From Marsupella aquatica (taxonomy: Eukaryota > Plantae > Marchantiophyta): a DNA stretch of 64,000 bases. Below are positions 13,182-26,023 of this stretch, one piece after another. The stretch's first letter is position 1; the number at the start of each line of letters is the position of its first letter. The position numbers and the translations under genes are program-made. The notes beneath the pieces were generated by a model. That model was not told the DNA's origin. It searched no databases and was given only the letters and a program-made list of their open reading frames with translations. The stretch covers positions 15,740,699 through 15,804,698 of the forward strand of contig OZ316894.1 in NCBI GenBank assembly GCA_973895155.1, in the 5' to 3' direction.

Positions 13182-14806
13182 TTACAGTGGAAGGAAAGGA
13201 GTCCACCAGGGTCCGTCATATTTGGCATATGGGGCTGTCCATACTCCTGGCTTTTCAAAATTAAGCCCAGTAGAAGAATTCCCCCCCGCTAGTGCTTCAG
13301 CTACGGTATCAGCCTCGAAAGCTCCCTTAAGAACGCGATCCAACCTTAATTTCATGAACCTGGTGGGCAAGCGATATACATGAGTCACACTGTCACCACG
13401 CAGCGTATTCAGAATGTAGCATCTATTCTTGGGTTGCTCTCTCTCAAACTGTTATATAATTGCTTCCGTCTCCTATTTGTCACGAGTGTGTTCTTTCCCA
13501 AAAGTCATTTGGCTCCCTGTTCCCTAAAATGAGGATATAAAGTACGACAGTAAAATTATCATGTTATTTGCTCTCAAACTTCGACAACTTACGTGATCCA
13601 CGTGGCATCGGTAGAGACGAGGGCTACAGCAGGTCTACCGAGACGTTTTGTGATGTCAGGAAAACTGGCCAAGAACTCTGGTTCAATGACGAGCCAAAAG
13701 TCTTGCTCCTTACCCTGCTCACCAAAATACCTCAACCGCTCCCTCATCGACTCTTGAAAATGCTCCTCATCATCTAGCATAAACTTGGCATTAGCCACGA
13801 CAAAATGATACTGGGTTCTCTGGATCAAAAACCACGAAAATCATCATGAGCTACTACGCGTGCACTTCGCTGTCTACAGGAGATCCAAGTCTAAGATCAT
13901 GAACGAAAGAATTCGTATGGGATATTGGGTCCCAATTCAATGGTTCTTTTCGTCCTCATAACTTATAATCTCTTTGTGCCTGACGGTAACAGTGAACTTT
14001 CAGGTTGTCATTCGTATCTGTCTATCTACGCTACGATGAACTCAGGAATGAAAAACCGTTCATTACCATCTACTTTATATTTGTAGAGCCCATTGATGTG
14101 TCGTCTGTGCCAGAGTTGTATAAGTACAGATAGTTTTAACTTGGTCATTGACTAGGTGATTCTCACACGCTACCTTTCTCTTTCCAAAAACTTAATCTGG
14201 GGACTCTGGACAATTCAAGGTAATCGTATAACGTATGAGATTTTCTACGATAACATCTTTACTTTCAATAATTGACCAACCTGCTCGGAGAAAACTAGTA
14301 AAGATTCTATTTAACTGCTTTTGGAAGCGTTGCCCATTCTTTCCGCCATAGCCGGGAGAAACAATCGGACGTTTCTAAAGAGAAGTGGACAAGAGAACAG
14401 TCTTCGAGTGGGTTCACAAATTTTAAGCTCAGTTCGTAACATTCTTAATCTGATGCAGTTCTTCACATTCGTAACAAATGCAGCTACTGTAGTTTCAAGT
14501 CCCACACGAACTGACCTGAGACGCAGCAGTCGAGATAGGTTCGACATTCTCCACAGCCTTCTCGGCAGCAACGGCTTGGACCAATCGGGAAAAAAGTGTG
14601 CCAGTAGCAGCTTCCACAACGCTTGCGGAACGGCTGCTTGGAATATTCATGGAAACGGTGGCCCCAGCAGTGCTACACGGTCGGCAAGCGAAGCTCACAC
14701 TGCTCCTGTTGAGGTTGTTGTCGCAGTTATACCCGCGGTGGAGGCCCTGCTGGACTGGGCCAGAAGCCCACACGGCTGAGGGTGCCCCAGCCTGTGCTAA
14801 AGCCAT
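13182..14806 (-). CDS. YCF54: Ycf54/LCAA chloroplast Mg-protoporphyrin monomethyl ester cyclase auxiliary factor; exons 14806-14516, 13819-13593, 13359-13182
   Basis: YHFVVANAKFMLDDEEHFQE..RERLR..GE...EQDFWLVIEPEFL..ALVSTD..WITFMKLRLDRVL is the Ycf54 signature. GT-AG introns are phase-consistent. Exon 1 resembles a transit peptide. Confidence 0.95.
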
Positions 14807-15241
14807 CGCTTCCTACCACTCGCTTTCTCGCTTGCAACGTGACCCGCAAAACCCAAGACCCTGACACGATCTCCTTTGCGAGGATAGGATATTTCGTAGA
14901 GAAGAATGCAGATAACAGACGGAAATTCCTGTTTCCTCACAGCGGAGCTTCTCGTTTGCGCTCCCTCTCTCACTCGCTAGGCACCCTCTGCTGGAAAAAC
15001 AGTTCGGCAGAGAGGCAAAACCAAGTTTGGCACAGAGGACCGGGATCTCACTCACTCACTCACTAGTGAATCGGAGCTACGAGTTACAGAAGGGGCTTGA
15101 ATTTCTGCTTACTCTTTGAATTCGACACTCGAGAGGGACGGACGGAGACTCGGGGAGTCATCAAGTTGGGCTGTTACGAGTAAAAAAAAATCCTTGAAAT
15201 GGGTGATTTTTTGCTCAAACCAAAGTTTGGACTTGTTGGCC

Positions 15242-16253
15242 GGGATATAAGCTTGATGGCCCCTGGTGAACCTTTCTTACCTGATGGCCCCCTAGATAAC
15301 TTTTTTTACCGAGTAGGACCCTCTTAATGACCAGTACACCTGTTCTTATGTGGTGCCTACACCTGTCCTTATGTGGTGCCTTATGTGGTGCCTACTATGT
15401 ATGGTGACTCCAAGCAAACTGCACAGTTGAACTGTGCAGTCAACCTTGCATGGTCGCGCGACCGAGAAACCACGGAGATGATTCGGGAGAAACCGCGAAA
15501 AGCGACTGCCGCTGTCAAAACTATGATTTGAAGACAATATGCATTATGTTTTCGGATTCAATGGGTTAATGCCTGAAGACTCAATGGATTATGTCTTCCC
15601 ATGTTTCAAGGTTTAGGGTTTAGGGTATACCCGACACCTTTGGGTCTGTCTTCTTTTGAAATTGTTTGTATGCATTGCACAAGGGAGTATTACCATTTTT
15701 TGAGCGCAATTGTCAATCATTTGCCAATTTTTGTTGTGGCGGGCAGTAGGCAAATTCTGAACATTGAACTTGAATATTCTTTGTGGACATTTGGAGGTAC
15801 CCCACACTGACGCTGACAGTCGTGCATGAAAACATCGTGAAAAACCCATGTGCGCAACGTGAAAAACATACCTAATAACTACCCCACGATATGGTAAAAA
15901 TTTGAACCCGAAGACATAATCCATTGTGTCTTCAGGCATTAACCCAGTGAATCCGAAGACATAATGCATATTGTCTTCAAATTGCAGTTTTGACAGCGGC
16001 AGTCGCTTTTCGCAGTTTCTCCCGAATCATCTCCGTGGTTTCTCGGTCGACCATGCAAGGTTGACCGCACGGTTCAACTGTGCAGTTTGCTTGGAGTCAC
16101 CATACATAGTAGGCACCACACAAGGACAGGTGTAGGCACCACACAAGAACAGGTGTACTGGTCATTAAGATGGGTCCTACTTGGTAAAAAAAGATACCTA
16201 GGGGCCCATCAGGTAAAAAAGGTTCACCAGGGGGCCCATCAAGCATATATCTC
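15242..16253. mobile_element. Mutator-like foldback MITE, ~350 bp TIRs, 10-bp TSD CTTGTTGGCC
   Basis: 15242-~15598 is the reverse complement of ~15910-16253 (GGGATATAAGCTTGATGG.. / ..CCATCAAGCATATATCTC). The TSD is at 15232-15241 and 16254-16263. Confidence 0.93.
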
Positions 16254-16896
16254 CTTGTTGGCCGCTAGTAACAGCAAGCCTCGCTAGCAAAAACCCATCG
16301 AACAGTTTGTTCATATTTGAATGACTAATGTTTGTTTAAGAAACCTTTTGAGTGAAGTATGTCAATGTAACTTTTTTTTTAAACAAATTGGACAATCCAA
16401 AATAGATATAAAGATCATCACCAAAGCACTTGGCAAGGAGTTTTACTTGCAATTTAAATGATGGGCCTGGAGATTGGGAGTCATCAGTATCTCAGATAAA
16501 CACACAAAATTGGCACCATAACCAACATAAAAGGTTGGCAGTGATTTCAGGGAGAGTTGCCAACTGTAAAAAAAGCCAAGTCTGTAAAGACATGATATCC
16601 GACCTTATCAGGGTATGTGACTATGTCACTGATAGTTTTCTCAATGAGTAACAAACCAGGGTCCAAATCATGAACCTACAAAACTTTTCAAAAATATAGC
16701 TAGCGACCTCCCTAGCAAACCTGATGAACCAATATCTGGTGTTTTATAAATAAATTAAAGGGAACTTCATATGGAGTGTAAATATGATCTCTCCCTACCA
16801 ACACACAAAAAAGTCTACTCCCAATGGTACTTACATATATATTAAAAACCAATGAAAACCTTATTAAAACCAAACCTCACTCTAAAGTGGATAACA

Positions 16897-19800
16897 TCAA
16901 ACCTCAACTCCCCTTTGGATCAGATCGGAAACTTCAGCGACAGTTAAAATAGGCTGCTTGACTACATCCGAAGTCTCTAGGTTCAAATGGTAAACATTCT
17001 TGTAAACCCAAAGGATATGTTTGCAAGACATGTAAGGCTTTCCATGCGAATGCCGCTTATAGAAATCCTCAGAGGAGCAACATGGGAAGACGCACGACTG
17101 AATCCAATATTTACTAGATTTACTAGGGTTGTTTTCATGCGTCGCAATCAAAAACTGTCTTCCCCATCCGTTACCTTGGATGATCTTTTCACAAGCCACA
17201 ATCCTCATTTGCTCTTCATTTGCAGACTGAATCCTTTTAACAAGTTCTGCAGTGAAGTTGAAACGTTGACGAGCACCCTTCCCATTCCGCGTCCTCAGTC
17301 GTCTATTCAAATAGTTTACATCAACCTTTTCTGGAAAAGAGTTCACGTCAATTTGAAGTTCCACGCGACCTGGAGGAGCAACACTGCCATCTGGTTCGCA
17401 ATCCATGTAATAGAGACCATCAATCTGAAAACCCAAGCCAATCAAGAAGCTGATTTCAGGAGGAGTTAAGTCTGTCCCTCGAAGAACTTTTAGAGACGAG
17501 GGTACTAAGGGAAGTTGGGCAATTGACTTGCGCCCCCTGGTCTTGTGGCAGACATTGTTTGGGCAGAAGTATAAGAGTTGAGGATGTGGTGAAGTCATCC
17601 TCAAACCATGGATTGCAACCCCAACCACACCGTCCGCAAGACCGAGTATGAAAACCTACACTGTTCACCGTAATTAGTGTTATGCAAGAATTAGTGTTAG
17701 TACAAAATTAGTGTTACTAACACTAATTTTGGTAAAAATGATTTTGAGTCCAAGTAACACTAATTTTTGTCGGTTTTCAAAATGAATTTTTTTCAGTTTA
17801 GTTTAAATTGCTTGTAAAAAACGGATGATCTCTAGTCCAAAGTAACACTAATTGTTGTGGATTTTTTAAAATAGTTTTTTTCTTTGTATTTTGCCACTTT
17901 TAAGACCATAGTAACACTAATTCATGTGCGCAAAAATAGTGTTAGCACAAAATTAGTGTGACTAACACTAATTCGCGAGTAGACCCTGAAAATGGGCGCT
18001 CTCGAATTAGTGTTACTCACACTAATTACGGTGAACAGTGTACTTCCTTGATTAAATTTCGACACTCATCTCTTCCAGAAATGGTCCTATCCATAGACCC
18101 ATTGCACACTGGACCATTTCCTTTCCCGCACCGCCTTAAGTGCCAAGTACCAAATGGGACATCAACTTCATTTACCGCAGGTATTCTCCTTGGTGAAACT
18201 GGTTCCTCTGGACGGACAGGAGATACATGTTGTTGTGACAATGGCTTAGGAATTTCAAAAGTGTCATCTCCTGAGCTCTCAGTGTCATTCCCTTCATTAT
18301 CGGAAAGAAGAATCACGACGGATGGATCTGGACAACTAGAGAATGTTGAAGGATGGAGTATGCCCGAACTCTCCTTCAACTTGTCGCTCTCTTCCACGAC
18401 ATTGACACTCCGGAAATCAGAATATGAATTTCTTGGATGTACGCCTCTTGTCATCGCCTCCGTGCACATCACCTTATCATGTCGATGAGAGTCTTCAGCA
18501 CCAACTCTATGAAAAAGCTTGGCCTTTTCATTTTCTGGACTTTGTGCAAAGATCTCCATGAAGTGGTTGAGTGCGATGGAACTCATATTTTGGAGATGAT
18601 TCAAGCAGAAGATTGGTTGCTTTCTCAAAAGCATCAAGGGATCCTAGTGTATCTGCATTCCTATATGCAAGTTCAAATATGGTAGGTCCATGTCCCCTGT
18701 GGCATCTTTCAATGTACGCAGCAAAGGCAGCAATCTGCCCACCAGCACAATTTTGATCAAGCTCACAAGCTTCAATCAGTCCAATCTTCTTCTTCATTTG
18801 GCAAGCTCTCATTGAACCATGTACAGATTCGGCTCCAGTACAATTTGGCATCAACGCTGACTCCTTTGTTGTTTGAGTCTGAAGTCTAGACATAAACAAA
18901 CACAATCATTGGGAGGCACATACTTGATTTGAAGATAACATTCATACACGAAAGGAATGCTAGCGACATCGCTAGCCAAAAACAATGAGTTTACTTACAA
19001 GTCTGAAGAAGTTTCCCCACTGTCGCCATCGGACAACCCACCAAGCAATCCAGCCTTGCAAAGATCTCAATTTCCCAGGGTGACAATCCCCACACTTCCA
19101 CCACTCTTGAATATTGTTAGCCATCCTGTAAGCTTGAACATATGAGGGTGCTTCCTAAATTTCTCCCACATTTGGTAGTGTTCGGAGTGTTTCCCTTCAC
19201 GAATTCCCTCCACGGTATGACATCTTAGTGACTGCGAGAAATGGAATGCATCACTATGTTCTTTCTCAGGGAGACGAACACCATCAAAGAAAACATTTCT
19301 CACAGCGATCCATCCAGCTTCAGCATTGTCAGCCATAAAACCAGCTATGTTTACATTGGAAATACCATTCTCAGCAACAACTTCCAACATTAAACGCCAT
19401 GCAGTTTCTAGTGAATCAACATCCTCGGCTTTCAATTCACAAGTGAAGATAGTACAAAGAGCGCGATAAGTGTGATCGTATACGTGAGCACTAAAAGTTA
19501 ACCAACCAGTAGTTATTCTGTGCATCACGTCAAAACTCACCCAAGCTCCCTCTAAAGTTCCACCTTTTCGCATCCGATTGAGAATGTCAACTCCAAAACC
19601 GGGACCTTTGGTACTCATCTTGAATACATGCGCTCAAATGGACTTGCCAGCCTGGCCAGGGAACAGGAAACGTTGTACAAATGGAAATCTCACACGCATT
19701 TGCATGTCACGAAGCAAATCCAACTAACCTTTCTTGGGATTCCCAATTTTAACGCTCCGGAAAATTGCATGGAATTTTGCCGGCGAGGACACAACTTTCA

Positions 19801-21032
19801 TCGAGTTCCACAATTCCACCTCCTCTTCTTTTGAAAGATCGTGACATGCCTCAGGGTGGAGAAGAGATATCAATGTACCTATTGAAATATTCTTCACACG
19901 GGAAGGGGTTGCCAAGGGATGAGCTGACTGAACTTCTTGAATAACATCTTCCACCTTTTTGTTTGCAACTCGACACTTCCCCATTCGGATGGGATGATCA
20001 TGAACTCCCATATGCACTGCGAGTCTAGACATGTGTTTTGAGACATGAGAGTCCAAAGTTGGCTTTGCATAAACATAAAACATCATTGCTGGACAAGGCC
20101 GGACACAATAAGGTCTCTCATCACAAAAGCCACAAACCAAACCTCCTTCCGGAACCAGATTTCCCGGCTGGAAGACATCGGTCATTAGTGATCTTCCAGG
20201 AAATGCCGCTTCATTCCTCATTCCTGTCTCCTTGAACCTTGAACAATTCAAATTTTGGCACTGCACAACACCACTGCAACGGACCTTGAAAACAGACCAG
20301 TGATTACATGGCTTTAGGTTAGCCAAAGTAGTGACCAAGCGGGTCCAAGGGTAGCCATCATTGTCGCGGTCCATGTCAAGAAGCCCTTGACCGCAACCAA
20401 ATCTTGACTCCATCGGAGGAAGCTCATATACCTTGTCTCCATTGTAACTTGTTGGAAGATGATCAACTTGGACATCAACCCACGAGACATCTCTTCTAAA
20501 TCTTGCTAGCTCACTTGCCCCAGTAATGCTCAAAAACGCTTCAAGCGCACCAATTCTGTAGACTTTCTGCAAAAGATGACATCCCAGAGCACTTGGAAGA
20601 GCAATATCTACTTCCAATTTTGTAGAACAACTTCCAAAAACAGAATTAGTACCCTCAAGAGTTGTAAAGTTACTCAAAACTAGAGGCCTGGACATTCGTT
20701 TCTCTCCCCGGGGGAGAGTCCAGGTCTACAAGCACTTTTCCTTGAGGGTTCTGGAAAGGCTCTGGAAAATCATCTTTGCCTGATATAACCTCCACCACAT
20801 CTCCGGAAGCAACCTCCCAAACTCTTTCACCAAGTAGAGTTCCTAAAATTAATTCATCCTTCCTTGATCCATGAAGTGAAACAAGAAAGAACAATCTCGA
20901 AATGAAATCACAGTTATTGAGCCCAAATCTTGTCAAAAGAAAGGCCTCGATCACATTAGTGATCTTTCTCAAAGATGAAAGAGTAGCAATGTCTCCAGTG
21001 CTCCGACGCCAGAAGATGACGCTCGGAGCCAT
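16897..21032 (-). pseudogene. MULE-type DDE transposase with N-terminal GCM/FLYWCH-like Zn domain and C-terminal SWIM finger (stops, frameshifts, MITE insertion)
   Basis: Zn domain C.G...C....C..CGFC..C...C..H.G.H.HP (19724..20695). Catalytic-like WVSFD, FMADN, DAFHFSQ (MULE CxxH box) and AESVH(E). SWIM-like C.CSSEDF...CKHILWV. Intron ~18998-18886. In-frame stops between 19724 and 19618 read through to FPFVQ..FPGQ..VFKMS. Confidence 0.85.
17659..18040 (+). mobile_element. MITE, family A copy 2 (intact), inserted in the MULE transposase; TA duplication
   Basis: Perfect 22-bp TIR CACTGTTCACCGTAATTAGTGT / ACACTAATTACGGTGAACAGTG flanked by TA on both sides. Removing it rejoins LIKEV|GFHTRS. Confidence 0.95.
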
Positions 21033-21880
21033 CAAATGAGGACCAAGACAAGAACCCAAATGTCACAAAAATCATGGATGAATATATAGAATAATATGAA
21101 GACATTAAAGTTTAGAATAAAACGGAACATCACTTTAACGTTGCATATACGACAAAACTTCAACGGCTCTAATACCTTCAAGAAATGAATTATTGCTAGC
21201 GATATTGCTGGCCTAAATTTGCTATCATAAAGGGCTCCATATAATCCAAAGTTATATCTTGTAATCGTCCAAAACATTGACTGTTTTCTGTTGACAACAA
21301 GGATATCTTGGGTTGTTCCTAAATGTTTACTGAACTTGGAGTACATTAGGAGGATTATTGAACTTGGAGCTTCGTGTTAAACAACGGTTTTTGCTAGCGA
21401 CCTCGCTAGACATAATTTAGGAAATTTTTCTGTGTTTAAGATGGACTCTATTATTAAACCAACTCTATTTTTAGTGATTCTATAATATGATTTTCACTCA
21501 CAAATTGACATTAACAGAGGAGAGGATTCGGAGATGTCCCATAAATTAAACCTTTTAGAAACCCTGAATCAGGCCAGCGATATCGCTAGCCTGATGCACC
21601 CAAAATTTAGGGTAGACTTTTATTTGAGTTTGGGATTAAAATGAGGGATATCAAAATAAATATATTTCCGAAACGTTATGTTTACACATTAAACATTGTT
21701 AAGTTTGTTTGACTTCTGTCAAGTATTTTAGAATTTAGGAAAGAATTAAGGGTTCATTTAAAAAACAATACATCACTTTTAACCTACCCCATTAACACTA
21801 ATTTGGCCAGCGATGTTGCTGGCAAAAAAGCGTCTAAATACATGTCTTAAACAAAGTATGGAGTTTGCCTATTTTTCCTT

Positions 21881-21916
21881 ATCAGTCATCTAATCAGTCA
21901 TCTAATCAGTCATCTA
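21881..21916. repeat. Tandem repeat, 3 x ATCAGTCATCTA, in the divergent promoter region of the MULE
   Basis: Directly visible. Confidence 0.85.
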
Positions 21917-22323
21917 ACGACAAAATTATATTACCGTTGGAAGGATTAACTTCATTTTCTACATCCATCGGCATATTTTGTATGACACCCAACCCAAGTT
22001 GGTCAGCTATAGAGTAATTGACTCGAACTGTTGGAGTCAAATGTACATTTCATCCGAACGAGTTGTTGTTAAGCAGTAATTAGACTCATTCTTAACGTTA
22101 ACTGATGCTTTGTTAATGTTAGTTAGCACCAGCGGGATCTTTGGCATGAAGGTGTTAAATACTGATATTCCCTGTCAATGTCAGATACACTGTAGGTTAC
22201 TTTGGATTCCCCCGATATCTTGCTTAGGATTCCTAACACATGTGACTTTGGATTCCTTTGCAAATCACCGTACCAATTGAACCTTGTATTCCGTTTACGT
22301 GGTTCTCCTCTCCTTATCAGTCG

Positions 22324-25300
22324 ATGGCAACTTTTGCATCCCCTGAGTCTATTTCGTCCGTTGCCTCACAATCAGCTGCCTCTCAACGTCGAGAGACCAG
22401 GAGTTCTACGAGCCACAAAGCACTTGCTTCGGGGCTGAAGACTCCAAGGAGGCAAAAGCTTGTTGATCCTATGGATATTGTGCCACCTTCGATGGATTCT
22501 GCCAAGTCCGAGCCTTTCTTAGTTGTCATTAGCCACCATCTTTACCAGTTTGGGCCGGACAAATTTGGGTATCCTCTGGTTCCCCCTCGAATTCCATTGT
22601 GTCGAATGCGGAACATGCAACTTGTGAGGTCTCTTCAGACAGATTTGAATGCAATTGAGACTTTGAAGAATGAGTTCCGGGCTCAAGGGTACATTGAGGA
22701 CGTGCCTCATTTTTATGTGCAAATGACAAATGAGAATGGCGACGTGCAGTTTCTCAACGACACAATCAGACAGGGCTGGGATCCAATGTGGTTGGCGCAG
22801 AATGAAGCTTTTGAGAGGGAGTGTGATTCGCATCCTGATTTTGCGGTGCTCAAGGATAAAATGTTTTGTGTTTTTGATGGCAATCACCGTCTCTATTCGT
22901 GGAACCTGCTTGTTGTTGAGAATCCTCACGATGTCAAATATCATCCTCGAGTTGTCTCGAAGATATTCAAAGGAGAGAAGGATACTGTCGTGCAGATTGA
23001 ATCTACAATGCATGGTCTCAACCGGTGAGAAGATCTTTGACACATTTGATCTTTTTCCTCCATCTTTTGTGCATGATTTGTTCTTGTTGTTTTCTGAATT
23101 CTGTCCTCATTGTCAGGTTGACACAATGCCATGTCAAAAATTCGTGGGTGCTGGAAGCTGATCGGGTCCAGAAGATTTTGCGCACAGACCTCTCAGTTTA
23201 CAAAGATTTAATTGATCCAGAGAATTTCAAGTTATTTCAGCAGAAGATGCAAAATGTGAAGAAGCCATCGTGGTATTCGAAGCAAATGACCTTAGATGCA
23301 TGTATTTATATTCTTTCAGCGGCAAACATAGCTTCGCAAACTGTTGACTTACTCAAGAAGTTTGCACTGAAGGAGGAACTTGGTGAACCTCTGTCGAAAG
23401 CTGCAAAGGACATTGCAATTCGAGATATGATGAAGGAGCAACTCTCTGACTGGAATGTCAAAGTTCCAAAGTTGCCCCGCTTCTGAATCCAGACTTTGGG
23501 GATTTCTTCAAGAAATGTGTTGAGATGCACAATTATTGTGAGAAAGAAAGGAAGGAAGCTCAGCGGACGGATGATAAGGGGAGAGGGAATGTTTTGTGCG
23601 GCCTTGATCGTGCAAGGCTTTTCACCGGGGTAACTTCTCTGAGTCCACAACTCCGTTGCACTCTTCTCGAAGCACAGTGCAGACCAGAGTTGCGTAAACA
23701 ATATTTCCACCCATCTCAATTTTTGGATAGTGAGACCAAGCTCTGGTTGCATCGATGGGCAACCTGGGAACACGTAGAGTCCATTGCGAGGTGCTTATTA
23801 AGTGAAGCAATCTCTGAGATTATTCTCACTGTCCCTGAATCTAGAATTCTTTCTTCCGCAGAGAATAGTCGGGCATCCCTCCTTGTTGAAATTGATGATG
23901 AGTTTGAGGATTCCCTGCAGCGGGTTAAGGTAAGGTTCTTTAAGAGCATCTGGAACCCGAAAGTTGGGGAGAAGATTGACATTGTTGCTTTTTGACGGAG
24001 GGCAAAAAGATATGTTTACAAGTTTTTTGTTGATCGGGAGGTAGCAAATAGATCTTTTTGGTGGTGTTATCCGACATGTTTCTCTCAATGGGCACAATAT
24101 GCAAGAGATGATTCCGGTTGTGAGAAGTTTGGGGAGTACTCGATGTACCCTATTGAGGACATTGAACCCTTGCGGAAGATAAGTGAATGGGAGGTGCTGC
24201 ATTGTCCCTGGTATTTAGATTCGGAGAATTGGTCACTGACATTTGATGTGACAGAGAAAGCTGCGCTTCAAAAGATCAATCGTGGCTTGGTCCCAGAATT
24301 CTTTATTAGTGAATCTAAATTGTGCAACCCGGAAGTAGAAATTGCTGGTTGTGTGTCAATGGAGCAGGCATGCCTTGGGGTGGCACCAACTGTTGATAGG
24401 AGCCACCCTCGGAAATTGAAGTGGGATGTTGCCAAGGAGGTATCAAAAGATGGCTCTATGATTTCTGGAAAGAAAAGTAAGTATATTCTTATCTCTCCGA
24501 AGCTTACTTCTATTACCTCTCCCAAGCTGCTATTCTGATTAAGTTTATGACATATCCTGAGGCTCTTAGGTTGCTTTTTGTATCCAGAAAGGAAGAAGTC
24601 TTCGGGTTCCGAGAGTGTTCAGACTGTGACTAATGGTCGCCAGGAGGATCTTGTTGAGCCTGAGTCTCCCAATTTTGAAATTGTGACTAAGCCAGGAGGT
24701 GATAAGTCAGGGTCCCAGAGGTTGAAGAAGAAGCGAAAGGTTCAAGTGTTGTCAGATTCTGATGAGGAAGAAATTTCAATCCGAGAGGGTGTCACAAGGC
24801 TCTGTGGACTCCAGTTGGATGGAAGGCGACATTTCCTTGCAAAGAGTAATCTGCGCTTGACGGCTGACTCGATAAGTATGAAGAAGGTTCGACCTTCTTG
24901 GATGGGGGAGGGGGATCAATGGCTTTCGGAGATTTCAAGTTCTTCCGAACACCCGAATCCCTTAAAAATCAACGGGAAGCCTTACACTGGGACCGGTGCC
25001 CATCTGGGGTTCATAGCTCTTCCGACTGGGCTGAGGCCTCGTGTTACCGATGTGGACATTCCCCCATGGAATGTCTAGGTTGAGAAGCTCCCTTACTATT
25101 TCTTTGGAGTGATGAGGCCCATGTTGGCCGATGATGGGTATGTGGCCGTTCTCCATAGTGGAGAATTTAACCACACAAAGCAAATTTTTGCTGCTGTTGA
25201 ACAGAGGAACAGATTTAAACACCTTCGGAAGTACCACGTTTTATTGGGGTCCCAATGTGGATGCCAGACATGAACATTGAGGTGAGATTTGTGTAAAATA

Positions 25301-25903
25301 TGCATGGTTTAGTATGTTTTTTTGACAGCAATCTCGCTGGCCTTCCTGGATTCATTAATTGACGTTTTTTTGTTCTTTTCCAGGTTTGCAACTTAAGCCT
25401 GGATGTCTTTTGTCGAGTGGAATTCAATGGGAAGATCCCAAAAGACCCAAAGTATGTCCCTTTGGCAACGTCTGAAGATGCATCACATAAGACGATGTTG
25501 AGTCTTTGTTATCCAAAAAGGGATACCAAGGCAGAGTTAACTTTTTCTGGTTCCTCTCGGTTGTCTGTTGGATTCATGCAGGTTGTGATGGAGCTTCTCA
25601 CAAAGCCTAGAGACATTGTGCTTGATTGGAATATTGGAGACGACAGTTCATTTTCAGCTGGAGAACTCTCCGGGAGGTTCGTTGTTGGGGTCGAGGATAG
25701 GGATGTTCTCCATGGTGCTGCAGAGAAGGCATTGAAGAGTGTTCTTGAGAGACACAAGAAAATTGAAGACCTCACTGAAACATTGGAGGACTTCGATTGA
25801 GAGGATGAATTTTCTCTTGCAGGATCAAAGAGTGAAAAACAAAGATGGGGCTCCTAATGTTACTGATGCAAAAGATGGGGATGATGAATTTGACCTGGAG
25901 TAA
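22324..25903 (+). pseudogene. ParB/Srx-like N-terminal domain + C-terminal beta-class N4C/N6A DNA methyltransferase-like protein (TE cargo; introns ~23025-23116, ~24478-24587, ~25283-25383)
   Basis: ParB-like: VRSLQ..L.....F...GY....FYV...VFDGNHRL. MTase-like: MRPMLADDGYVAVL (cf. RVLKPGG) and ELLTKPRDIVLDWNIGDDSSFSAGELSGRFVVGVE (cf. TKPGDIVLDPFxGSGTT..A....R.FIGIE). One frameshift (~23470) and in-frame stops (23993, 25076, 25798). Confidence 0.75.
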
Positions 25904-26023
25904 TGTACTGGTCCTCTCGCTTATACCAGATCCCTTTGCTTTAATCAATTGGCTGGTGAAGCTTGCTATTGTCTTTCGATTGGATATTTCATTGATAGTG
26001 CTCTCATTGTTTTCATGATTTCA

